Positions 9,313-17,756 of a DNA stretch of 64,000 bases are shown piece after piece (position 1 is the stretch's first letter; the number at the start of each line of letters is the position of its first letter). The stretch is taken from contig PMTY01000183.1 of the NCBI GenBank assembly GCA_003167155.1, forward strand, positions 16,228-80,227, in the 5' to 3' direction. The position numbers were made by a program, and so were the translations under genes. The stretch comes from Vulcanimicrobiota bacterium. GTDB taxonomy: Bacteria > Vulcanimicrobiota > Vulcanimicrobiia > Vulcanimicrobiales > Vulcanimicrobiaceae. A model generated the notes under the pieces. That model ran no database searches and had not been told where the DNA came from. It saw only the letters and a program-made list of their open reading frames with translations.

Positions 9313-10215
9313 GTGTTTAACAGTTGGAAATCGCAACTGGTTCAGCCATCGGCACGCAATGATACCGGTCGTAAGCCGCAGGGCAATGCCGAGTCAGAGA
9401 ATCAGGAAGATCCGCAGGTCTTACGCTTGAGACGGATGCTCGCCGATCTCCGCGGTGGCGATGTTCATGAAGGACGAAGCGCCTTCACGGCAGCTGATGC
9501 GATCCCCGTGGAGGTCGCAAAAGCGCCGGAGGACCAGCGGGAGCCCGCCGAAGCCACGACAGGTCCCCGAACTGACACGACAATTGCGCCCATGCTAAGC
9601 CTTCTCGCGGAACAACGTGAACTCGCCGAAGCGCTCCTGCGGGAGTGTTCTACGCTCGAAGAGCGCGCCAAGGCCGAGGCCATGGCGGCGCAAGCCGACC
9701 GTGAGTTCGCGGAAGCTACAGAGAAGGCTGATGCCGCCGCGCTTCTAGGGCAGCAGAGCAAGGAGGTCGCTCGAGCGGCCTCACAGCGGCGCAACAGCCT
9801 TACCACAGAGCGCCTAAACCTGAACGAACTCATCGCCGCAGCGCGCGCGGAAGGGCAAGCCGTTGAGGCCCAGGTCTCTCAGGCAGAACAGCGGTTGCAA
9901 GAGGCTCGGCTCGCGGCGGAAGAATGGTCCGCTACGCTCGATAGACATGAAGCTCGTGCGCGGGAGTGCGCCGTAATTGAGAATGCTGCAGCGGCAGAAG
10001 AGAGCGAAGCCGCGGAACTCGTCGCGGCGTATGAAGCTGCGTGCCTTGAAGCCGGGAAGGCGGCCCTGAGCGCCAAGAAGCGCGCGGAAGCCTTGAACGC
10101 GGAAGCCTTCCAAAGGAACCAGGCCGCGGCGACGCACAGCTTCCCCAGGATCGGCGAAATAGAGGAGCTTGCGATACGCATTGCCAGGAAGTCTGCAGAG
10201 TATAAAACCACCTGA
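9313..10215 (+). CDS. Ala/Glu-rich coiled-coil protein, function unknown
   Basis: AAGGAG lies 7 nt before GTG 9313. The ORF is 300 aa, with a long heptad-like AEA/AAE-rich region and no TM or signal peptide. Confidence 0.6.
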   Translation: MFNSWKSQLVQPSARNDTGRKPQGNAESENQEDPQVLRLRRMLADLRGGDVHEGRSAFTAADAIPVEVAKAPEDQREPAEATTGPRTDTTIAPMLSLLAEQRELAEALLRECSTLEERAKAEAMAAQADREFAEATEKADAAALLGQQSKEVARAASQRRNSLTTERLNLNELIAAARAEGQAVEAQVSQAEQRLQEARLAAEEWSATLDRHEARARECAVIENAAAAEESEAAELVAAYEAACLEAGKAALSAKKRAEALNAEAFQRNQAAATHSFPRIGEIEELAIRIARKSAEYKTT

Positions 10216-10236
10216 CGAAGCCGGTAGGCTCGCTCG

Positions 10237-12129
10237 TTAGGGAACGCCGGCTTTTTCGCGCCCGCAGATCTGGCGGACGCGGGCAGCAAGCGCGTCGCCG
10301 GTAAGGCCGAAGAGCGCCCGCTGCTTCTCTTGGGAATCGTGCTGGACCAAGACGCTCGGAACGCCTACCCGCTCCACGCGAAGCTTGAGGCCCCGATCTG
10401 AGACGAACTCCGCTACCGCGGAACCGAAGCCACCTGCGAGCGAATGCTCTTCCAGCGTGATGAGATCGGTGTGTTCCCGCTCGAGCGCGAGCAGCAGCGC
10501 TTCGTCAAGAGGCTTAGCAAAACGAGCGTTAACGACGGTTATCTGAGGCCCGCCGGCTAAGGCATCAGCAGCATCCAACGCGATGTCTACGCTCGTGCCG
10601 TATCCGAGGATGGCGACATTCCGACCCCGGCGCAGGACTTCCGCCTTGCCGTGGACGAGGGGCGCGAGCGGTTCGTTGTGACGGCCGCTGGTCGATCCGC
10701 GCGGATAGCGGATACCCGAGGGCGCGTTCAGTGAAAGTGCGTGTTCCAGCATGGGCTGCAGTTCGGCTTCATTCCGCGGCGCCATGAGCGTCATGTTGGG
10801 CAGCGTTCGCATATATGCGATGTCGTACAGGCCCATATGCGTCGGACCATCGTCGCCAACGAAACCGGCCCTGTCCATGCAAAAGACCACCGGCAGGTTC
10901 TGGACGACCACGTCGTGGACGACTTGGTCGTATGCGCGTTGTAAGAAGGTCGAGTAGATCGCGCAGACCGGCCGCAATCCGCTCGACGCTAAGCCCGCGG
11001 CGAAGCAGACCGCGTGCGCCTCGGCGATGCCGACGTCGAAGTACCGCTCCGGAAAGCGTTTTGCAAACTTCGCAAGGCCGGTGCCGTCGGGCATCGCGGC
11101 GGTGATACCGACCACGCGCGGGTCCTTCTCGGCGACGGCAATCATGGCGTCGGCGAAAACGTCGGAGAACTTCGGGCGCCCGCCCGCCGCGCTCTTCTTG
11201 CCGTTGCTCGGCTCGAACGCATTGGCACCAATGCCGTGAAAGGTTCGCGAATCGCGCTCGGCCGGTTCGTATCCCTTTCCTTTAACCGTGCGAACGTGGA
11301 GCAGCACGGGGCGGTCGAAATCCTTGGCGGTCTGCAGCGCATCGACGAGCACGTCGTAGTTGTGACCGTCAACCGGGCCGATGTAGCGAAATCCAAGCTC
11401 CTCGAAGATCACGGCGGCCTTCTCGGAGGGGCCGATAAAGTGCATCGCGCCGATCTCGGCGCCTTCGATGGCCCGCTTCGCCGTCGACCCTAATGGAATG
11501 CGCTTGAGCATTTCCTTTCCGGTTCGCCGCACGAAGTTTGCAAACGGCTTGGTGCGCAGGACGGAGAGATAGGCGGCGATCGAACCAACGTTTGGCGCAA
11601 TCGACATCGCGTTATCGTTCAAAATCACGATGAACGGGCTTCGCAACGCGCCGGCGTTGTTGAGCGCCTCGTACGCGAGTCCACCGGTGAGGGCGCCGTC
11701 GCCGAGCACCGCGACGACGGTTTCGTCGCCGCCGACCAAATCACGCGCCAGCGCCATCCCGAGCGCCGAGGCGACCGACGTGCTGGCGTGGCCCGCGCCA
11801 AAGGGATCGTATGGCGATTCGCTGCGCATCGCAAAACCAGAGAGACCGCCGCCCTTGCGGATCGTCGCGAACCGGTCGCGCCGCCCGGTGAGGATCTTAT
11901 GGACGTACGTTTGATGGCTGACGTCCCAGACGAGTCTGTCCGCCGGCAGGTCGAGCACGCGATGCAGCGCCAGCGTCAACTCGACGACACCGAGGTTGGG
12001 CGCGAGATGCCCGCCATTAACGGCGCACGTGCTGACCAGGAGTTCGCGAATCTCGCTGGCGAGGACGTCGATCTCCTCGCGCTTCAGCCGTTTGACGTCG
12101 GCCGGGGAGTCGATTCGCTCGATTATCAT
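10237..12129 (-). CDS. dxs: 1-deoxy-D-xylulose-5-phosphate synthase
   Basis: Full-length Dxs-like sequence (MIIERIDSPADVKRL..., GHLAPNLGVVELT, GDGALTGG, transketolase-like C-terminus). Start trimmed from 12279 to ATG 12129-12127, an ATGA overlap with the hpnG stop. Confidence 0.95.
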   Translation of the reverse strand: MIIERIDSPADVKRLKREEIDVLASEIRELLVSTCAVNGGHLAPNLGVVELTLALHRVLDLPADRLVWDVSHQTYVHKILTGRRDRFATIRKGGGLSGFAMRSESPYDPFGAGHASTSVASALGMALARDLVGGDETVVAVLGDGALTGGLAYEALNNAGALRSPFIVILNDNAMSIAPNVGSIAAYLSVLRTKPFANFVRRTGKEMLKRIPLGSTAKRAIEGAEIGAMHFIGPSEKAAVIFEELGFRYIGPVDGHNYDVLVDALQTAKDFDRPVLLHVRTVKGKGYEPAERDSRTFHGIGANAFEPSNGKKSAAGGRPKFSDVFADAMIAVAEKDPRVVGITAAMPDGTGLAKFAKRFPERYFDVGIAEAHAVCFAAGLASSGLRPVCAIYSTFLQRAYDQVVHDVVVQNLPVVFCMDRAGFVGDDGPTHMGLYDIAYMRTLPNMTLMAPRNEAELQPMLEHALSLNAPSGIRYPRGSTSGRHNEPLAPLVHGKAEVLRRGRNVAILGYGTSVDIALDAADALAGGPQITVVNARFAKPLDEALLLALEREHTDLITLEEHSLAGGFGSAVAEFVSDRGLKLRVERVGVPSVLVQHDSQEKQRALFGLTGDALAARVRQICGREKAGVP

Positions 12130-12761
12130 TGGCGCGATATACGCAGCCGCCCGCCGATGCCCTGCGTTGCTCCAAGCACCAAGGCAGCCAGCCTGGCCGC
12201 ACGCGGCGCCTCTCGAGCCAACCATATGGCTTGTGGCCAGTTCCTCGGTTTGAGGATCGCCCGTAGCGGCGTGCGCCATTCGGCCGAAAGCTCGCGATGG
12301 GGCGTATCGAGGACGACGCGCACCGCAGCAACGCGCGGTGCCGCAATACGGCCGGTCTCCATGTCAACTCCAGCATACCCTTGCGCCGCCCACATCTCGC
12401 GCGCCGCACCGTTGACGATCGAGGCGGCCGTTAGGATCGGATCAAAAACCGGCTCGATTCCCAGCGAGCGCGCCCCCTGAGCCAGCGCTTCGACAAGCTC
12501 ATCATCGCAGCGCAACGTCTCTCCGTTCGGACGGCGAACCTCTCGCGGAATCAAAAGCGTTCCGGTGAGAAGATCCGCCCGCAATCCCCCCGCAAGACCG
12601 CAACTCACGACCGTGTCGCCGAGCGGTGCTCTCAAACTCGCAAGTGCAATCCCGACCTGCACGACGCGCGCCTCGGGAAGCACGCGCCGCAGCGCTTTGC
12701 ATTCCAGCGCCGTTGCCGCAATCAGGGTGACGCCCGGGCTTGCCGGCGGAGGCATCGTCAT
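12126..12761 (-). CDS. hpnG: Hopanoid-associated phosphorylase/nucleosidase-like protein (PNP_UDP_1 fold)
   Basis: Nucleosidase-type motifs VVSCGLAGGL and GVDMETGRIA. Translationally coupled to dxs and located in a hopanoid neighbourhood. The HpnG call is contextual. Confidence 0.65.
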   Translation of the reverse strand: MTMPPPASPGVTLIAATALECKALRRVLPEARVVQVGIALASLRAPLGDTVVSCGLAGGLRADLLTGTLLIPREVRRPNGETLRCDDELVEALAQGARSLGIEPVFDPILTAASIVNGAAREMWAAQGYAGVDMETGRIAAPRVAAVRVVLDTPHRELSAEWRTPLRAILKPRNWPQAIWLAREAPRAARLAALVLGATQGIGGRLRISRQ

Positions 12762-12840
12762 CGGTGCATCGTAGCATAGCGTACCTTTTTGAAATAGGCT
12801 TGTCCTCGGGTAGCCTTAACATCTATCACCTGTAAGGAGC

Positions 12841-13301
12841 TTGTCAGACCACGTCCAGCCAGACCTTCCTCACCGACGTCGCCGAACTGCGCCGGCGCGC
12901 GAAAGAGAATATCGAGCTCGGCGCGCTCACGCGAAACTATGGAGGCGACGTAGAGCAAGCGATAGATCTTCTGCAGACGGCTTTGGCTACGGAGATCGGT
13001 TGCGTGCTGCGCCACACGATGCACAACATCGCGGCGGTCGGCATCGATAGCGAAAGCTCAGATCAGAGTTCGCCGAGCACGCCCACGACGAGTACGAACA
13101 CATGGAGAAGATCGCCAACCGCATCAATCAACTTGGCGGGACGCCCAACTTCGAGTGGAGCACTACCGCGATCTGATTCGCTTCTTCGGCGATAAGGACC
13201 CGACCACGCGCATCATGCTCGAAGGCATCCTGGCTCAAGAGGAAGACCACGCCAACGACATGCACGATTTGCTGGTCGCACACGAAGCAAGCCGTTCCTA
13301 A
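12841..13301 (+). pseudogene. Decayed ferritin-like / bacterioferritin-family gene
   Basis: TAAGGAG then TTG 12841. The homologous reading needs four frame segments: MSDH.. (frame of 12841); SSQTFLTDVAELRRRAKENIELGAL...ALATEIGCVLRHTMHNIAAVGIDSES; EFAEHAHDEYEHMEKIANRINQLGGTPNFE; VEHYRDLIRFFGDKDPTTRIMLEGILAQEEDHANDMHDLL. The helix-C segment between PNFE and EHYRD is missing. The ORF track shows only 69- and 70-aa fragments. Confidence 0.75.
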
Positions 13302-13305
13302 GCGG

Positions 13306-14235
13306 TTAGACCAAACCGGCTTCGCGGTACCATTTGACGGCGCGCTCGAGCGCCGTCTTTACCGAAGTGGCGTGATAACCAAGTTCGGTTTGGGCTTTTG
13401 AGGAATCGGCGTACATTCGCTCGCGTGATAAGCGAACGCCTTCGAGCGGAACGTTCGGCTCGGAACCGGTGATGCGGCTACGCAGCTCGTCACAATACGC
13501 GGCGGCAAGTGCCAACGCGTAGGGCGCGCGCCATTTCGGCATCGGGCGGCCGGTGATTTCGGCCAACTCCCGCCAAATCTCGTCCATGCCGAGGTTCTCG
13601 CCGCCGACCACGTACCGTTCGCCGATTTTCCCGCGATCCAACGCAACGACGTGCGCGCGCGCGACGTCCTCGACGGCAACCAGGTTCATGCCGCCCGGTC
13701 CCGGCGCTTTCGCGACGATCTTCCCTCGCGCAAAATCGAGCACGAGCTTGCCGGTCGGCGTCGGCTTCCAATCGCCGGGTCCGACGGGCGCCGTCGGAAG
13801 CAGCGCGATCACAGGAACGCGCGACGCAAAGGCTGCGCGTTCTTGATCCAGCTTGGAGCGATGGTAGCCGCTGTGCGCGTGACCCAGCGTTGCGGAACTC
13901 GAGGTGAGCACAACCCGCTCGACGCCGGCGAGCTCGGCCGCCAGCATAAGGCTCGCGGTTCCCTCGACGTTGACGGCGGCAATCTCGCGCTTCGCGCGCG
14001 GCGCGAACGTGTAGAGCGCCGCACAGTGCACGACGTAGCGGAATCCTTGAAGCGCGTGCGCGAAGGCGCCGACGTTTCTCAAGTCGCCCTCAACCCTCTC
14101 CGCACGCTCGTTAACGGGCCTCCCGCCGCGAACGAGGGCGCGGACTTCATAGCCGGCATCGAGCAGTTCGCGCAGAATATGCGAGCCGACGAATCCGGTT
14201 GCGCCCGTCAGGAAGACGCGATCGCCGTGCGCGAT
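13306..14235 (-). CDS. hpnA: Hopanoid-associated sugar epimerase/SDR (dihydroflavonol-reductase-like)
   Basis: The ORF track starts at TTG 14082, but the frame is open up to TAG 14247-14245 and encodes the Rossmann motif VFLTGATGFVGSHILREL upstream of 14082. There is no ATG/GTG/TTG in that stretch. ATC 14235-14233 sits 6 nt after AGGAG. YxxxK motif present as YHRSK. Confidence 0.7.
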   Translation of the reverse strand: MAHGDRVFLTGATGFVGSHILRELLDAGYEVRALVRGGRPVNERAERVEGDLRNVGAFAHALQGFRYVVHCAALYTFAPRAKREIAAVNVEGTASLMLAAELAGVERVVLTSSSATLGHAHSGYHRSKLDQERAAFASRVPVIALLPTAPVGPGDWKPTPTGKLVLDFARGKIVAKAPGPGGMNLVAVEDVARAHVVALDRGKIGERYVVGGENLGMDEIWRELAEITGRPMPKWRAPYALALAAAYCDELRSRITGSEPNVPLEGVRLSRERMYADSSKAQTELGYHATSVKTALERAVKWYREAGLV

Positions 14236-14244
14236 CGGAGGCTC

Positions 14245-14499
14245 CTATCTTTGCTCGACTGCCGTCAGGCGGGCGTCCAGCGAGTCGAAACGCTGGAGCA
14301 CCTTGACCTCGAACCGGTCGAACCGCGTCTCCAAGGCGTCAAGACGACGTTCCACCTTCTCGAGGCGTCGCACGATACCGGCGAACCCGTGGGCCATGTC
14401 GGCCATCTCGGCCTCGAGGCGTTTGAAACTCTGTTCGGTCGCATCCCGAAGTGCAAGCACGGCCCCAAGAATCGCTTCTCCGTTGATCATACGCGCCAT
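14245..14499 (-). CDS. Small coiled-coil protein, unknown function
   Basis: 84 aa (81 aa if ATG 14490 is used). Repeated RLEAEM / RLEKVERRLDALETRFDRFE heptads and coding-like GC3. Its TAG is in frame with hpnA. Confidence 0.45.
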   Translation of the reverse strand: MARMINGEAILGAVLALRDATEQSFKRLEAEMADMAHGFAGIVRRLEKVERRLDALETRFDRFEVKVLQRFDSLDARLTAVEQR

Positions 14500-14577
14500 C
14501 CTTCACTACTCTTGTTGCCGGGATGTTTCCTTGGAGCAAAGGCCTGCCGCGAGGCCACACGGTAATGGAACGGTGAT

Positions 14578-15189
14578 ATGAAACTTCAATTTCTCGCACT
14601 ACTGGGCGTTGCAAGCGTCGCTTTTGCGGGATGCGGCGCCATCGGCGCAAACGCCTCGCCTCCCACCTCGGCAAACTCCCTTATACGGGTTGCCGCGCCT
14701 GCGCAAACGGCAGCTGCCGCGTACTGCAAACAGACCGGCGGAGAGGTCGAGCTTCGCCGCCCAGTCTACGGCAGCAACTCCTCAAACCTGCTCTTCCTTG
14801 CCGGGCAAAAAGCCTTTTGCCAATACACGAGCAAGAAAGACGGTTCGCGCATCCACATTCTCTTGGAGACGCTCTACACGACGAAACCGTCGCTGGCCGC
14901 GCTGGCGTATATTTTGAAGCCTACCGTTGGCTCGTGCTCGGGAAATCCCGCGTCATGCTACTGCTCGCTCTTGGGCGGCTCGGACCAATTCGGCGGGACG
15001 TCCGGTTCGGGCGGAGGCTGGTACAACAAAAACGGGATCGACCAGACGCTGGAAGCCTGCATCTTTCCGGACATGTCCTCGATCGATTCGTGGGGATTGA
15101 CCTACCATGCCGAAGGCATCGTCCGTGGCATTAATCTACAGAAAGTGATGCGCTACAAATACCCGGGCACAGCGGTCGCGCCTCGCTAA
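14578..15189 (+). CDS. Lipoprotein with DUF333-like N-domain
   Basis: Signal peptide with lipobox FAGC. AAYCKQTGGEVELRR resembles the DUF333 core. Cys-rich C-terminus. Confidence 0.55.
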   Translation: MKLQFLALLGVASVAFAGCGAIGANASPPTSANSLIRVAAPAQTAAAAYCKQTGGEVELRRPVYGSNSSNLLFLAGQKAFCQYTSKKDGSRIHILLETLYTTKPSLAALAYILKPTVGSCSGNPASCYCSLLGGSDQFGGTSGSGGGWYNKNGIDQTLEACIFPDMSSIDSWGLTYHAEGIVRGINLQKVMRYKYPGTAVAPR

Positions 15190-16742
15190 ATCGCCTCGAT
15201 CTTAGCCATCATCCCTTGATCTTCATGATCGAGGATATGGCAATGAAACAGGAACTCGCCGCGAATGACCGAGTCGCGGAAGTTCATCAAGAGATCGAGC
15301 GAGCCGGGGACGCCTTTGCCTCCAGGGACGGAGCGATGCGGAATGATGAAGCTGTCGGCCCAGAACGGATGGCTGACGGGGACGCCGTTGATCTTTTGCA
15401 CCAAGAAGTGCAGCTGGTGGATGTGAAAGTCGTGCACCTCTTGCGTGACGTTCACCACGTGCCACTCTTCGGTTGTGCCGACATGGACGACGAACATCGG
15501 CTTGGCCTTCGTCGAATACGCTTGGCCGTTGATGAAAAACTCCGGCTTCGGATTCTCGCTAAAGATGACCACACGCTTCACTGAGGGCGGCGGAAGCTGC
15601 GTTGTATAGACGTTGCGCGGGAGCGGCGAGCCGACGACAAGCGGCTCGGACGAGAACGAAGCGCGCTCACGGCCCTGCGGCGCTTTGAGGTTCGCGAGGA
15701 GTATTTCGGGATCTGGATCGCCGTTGGGTCCGGTATCGTAGCAGAGCGTCCGAAACTTCGCGTGACCGCTCGCGGGCCCGGTAACCACGAACTCGGCGCG
15801 CGAGGCCGGCGGGACGATCAGCGTCGATTCCAGCTTTGTCGGCGGCGTTCCGGGATAGCTGTCGAGCGCAAAACCGTCGACCGCGACCAGCTCGAGCTTT
15901 TCGCCCTCAACGTTGAGGCGCAGCGTCTTATGCCCGGTCGCATTGAGCAACCGGAAGAACTGTTTCTCTCCAGGCGCAATCGTGATGTCGGGGCGCACCG
16001 CGTCGTTGAGTGAAGTCGTCAGATGGTCTTTGGTCGTGCACGGCGCGGTGTTGGTGTGTTGCGGCTGCGCGTCGTCGCCAATTCCGGTAGCGCGGACGAT
16101 GATCAGCCGCTGCTTCATTTTTGACAAGCCCGGCAGATGGTGTTCGAGCCCCGCGACAACGATCGCGCCCGACATGCCGCTCTCTCCGACTTGAAAGCTG
16201 GTCTCGCCGTGCACGTGCGGATGGTACCAGTACAGGCCCGGCTCTTGATTGGCGGGCACGTGAACGACATAATGCAACGTTTGGCCGGGCGCGGCGAGCG
16301 TGGTAAGAACGTCGTCGCCGGGCTTCTTCGGAGAGGATCCCATGCCGTGGAAATGCAGGTTCATGTCGTCCGGCGTGCCCATGTCGGTCATCTGGGGCTC
16401 CGCCATCCCAGGTGGCGGCTCGCTCGGAAGTTCGTTCACGACCTTGACGTCGATCGCGTCGCCCGGTTTGACGAGGATCGTTGGAATTACTTTGAGCACG
16501 CCTTTGTAAGCGAAGGTCGGCTGCCCCGTCGAATAGTTTTCCGTAGCTACCAGTGTTAGGCGCGCGATGCCGCCGACGGCTCGAACGACGGGCGGCTCCG
16601 GAAGCTCGGTGTGGAGTAATCCCGGCGCTCCGCCATTAGCTAGAGGGAACTGCGGCAAGGGGTTCACCGGACCGCTGCCCCGGCCGGCGCACGCAACAAG
16701 CCAAGCGAGCGCGACTGCCAAACCGAGGCGACTGGATTTCAC
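15186..16742 (-). CDS. Multicopper oxidase (three-domain, lipoprotein signal)
   Basis: All four copper motifs are present: HFHGMG, WYHPHVHG, HDFHIHQLH, FHCHILDHEDQGMM. Lipobox LVACAG. GTG 16742 lies 6 nt after the hpnH stop. Confidence 0.9.
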   Translation of the reverse strand: MKSSRLGLAVALAWLVACAGRGSGPVNPLPQFPLANGGAPGLLHTELPEPPVVRAVGGIARLTLVATENYSTGQPTFAYKGVLKVIPTILVKPGDAIDVKVVNELPSEPPPGMAEPQMTDMGTPDDMNLHFHGMGSSPKKPGDDVLTTLAAPGQTLHYVVHVPANQEPGLYWYHPHVHGETSFQVGESGMSGAIVVAGLEHHLPGLSKMKQRLIIVRATGIGDDAQPQHTNTAPCTTKDHLTTSLNDAVRPDITIAPGEKQFFRLLNATGHKTLRLNVEGEKLELVAVDGFALDSYPGTPPTKLESTLIVPPASRAEFVVTGPASGHAKFRTLCYDTGPNGDPDPEILLANLKAPQGRERASFSSEPLVVGSPLPRNVYTTQLPPPSVKRVVIFSENPKPEFFINGQAYSTKAKPMFVVHVGTTEEWHVVNVTQEVHDFHIHQLHFLVQKINGVPVSHPFWADSFIIPHRSVPGGKGVPGSLDLLMNFRDSVIRGEFLFHCHILDHEDQGMMAKIEAI

Positions 16743-16748
16743 CGGTAA

Positions 16749-17753
16749 CTAGTTCATTGCGGCGCGAATTGATTCCTTAAAGGATGCCGTCGTGCGAATG
16801 ACGGCCGTTGGCTCGTAACCGCAATGCGCCATGCAGTTCTCGCACGACTCGTGCTTGCCGCGCCCGTATTTCGACCAATCGGTCTCGTCGAGCAACTCCT
16901 GATAGGTGCGGGCGTAGCTCTCTTTGCTCATGAGGTAGCACGGGCGCTGCCAGCCGAAAACCGTGTAGCACGGAATCCCCCACGGCGTGCATTCGAAGTC
17001 GACCTTGCCCTCGAGGAAATCCAAGTACAGCGGACTGTGATTGAGGCGCCATTTTCTGCGCTTGCCGTCGGCGAAGACCTGCGTGAAGACTTCGCGGGTT
17101 TTTTTGACGCCGAGGAAATGCTCCTGGTCGGGCGCCTTCTCGTATGCGTAGGCCGGCGAGATCTGCATCATGTCGACTTTGAGATCGTCGTTGAGATAAT
17201 CTAGGACCTCGCGAATCGAATCCGGGCTGTCCTGGTCGAAGAACGTCGTGTTGGTAAAGACGCGGAAACCCTGGGCTTTGGCCTCTTTGATCGCGTCGAT
17301 CGCTTTGTCGAAGACGCCTTGGCGGCAGACCGACTGATCGTGCCGCTCGCGCATGCCGTCGAGATGGATCATCCAAACGAAATAAACCGAGGGCTTGAAG
17401 AGATGAATCTTCTTCTTGAGCAATAGCGCGTTGGTGCAGAGAAACACGTACTTCTTGCGCTTGACGAGCTCCTCGACGATCTGCGGCATCTGATCGTGCA
17501 CCAGCGGCTCGCCGCCGGCGATCGAAACCATCGGCGCGCCGCACTCCTCGACCGCGGCGATGCACTCTTCGACGCTCAAGCGCTGGCGAAGAATCTCGTC
17601 GGGGTGCTGGATCTTACCGCAGCCCGCGCACGCAAGATTGCACTGCAGCAAGGGCTCGAGCTCCAGCACGAGCGGATACTTCTTCTCGCCGCGCAGGCGC
17701 TTGCCGGCGATATACTTGGCAACGGCAATCTTCTGTTGGAGGGGCATGCTCAT
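16749..17753 (-). CDS. hpnH: Adenosyl-hopene transferase (hopanoid radical-SAM protein)
   Basis: YPLVLELEPLLQCNLACAGCGKIQHP (CxxxCxxC), CGAPMVSIAGGEPLVH and CTPWGIPCYTVFGWQRPCYLM are the HpnH family pattern. Confidence 0.9.
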   Translation of the reverse strand: MSMPLQQKIAVAKYIAGKRLRGEKKYPLVLELEPLLQCNLACAGCGKIQHPDEILRQRLSVEECIAAVEECGAPMVSIAGGEPLVHDQMPQIVEELVKRKKYVFLCTNALLLKKKIHLFKPSVYFVWMIHLDGMRERHDQSVCRQGVFDKAIDAIKEAKAQGFRVFTNTTFFDQDSPDSIREVLDYLNDDLKVDMMQISPAYAYEKAPDQEHFLGVKKTREVFTQVFADGKRRKWRLNHSPLYLDFLEGKVDFECTPWGIPCYTVFGWQRPCYLMSKESYARTYQELLDETDWSKYGRGKHESCENCMAHCGYEPTAVIRTTASFKESIRAAMN

Positions 17754-17756
17754 AGG

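Noticed and set aside
12130-12279. N-terminal extensions of ORF-track calls (dxs to 12279, shc to 19805, MFS to 27576, tadC to 44258, GT2 to 54152, Nudix to 60972, dehydrogenase to 4344, and others)
   Set aside because: In each case the extension overlaps the upstream gene and precedes the conserved N-terminal motif. A start codon forming an ATGA/GTGA junction with the upstream stop gives a protein of family-typical length.
13651-14565. 304-aa plus-strand ORF
   Set aside because: It is antisense to hpnA and the small coiled-coil ORF, is Arg-rich, and has no recognisable domain.
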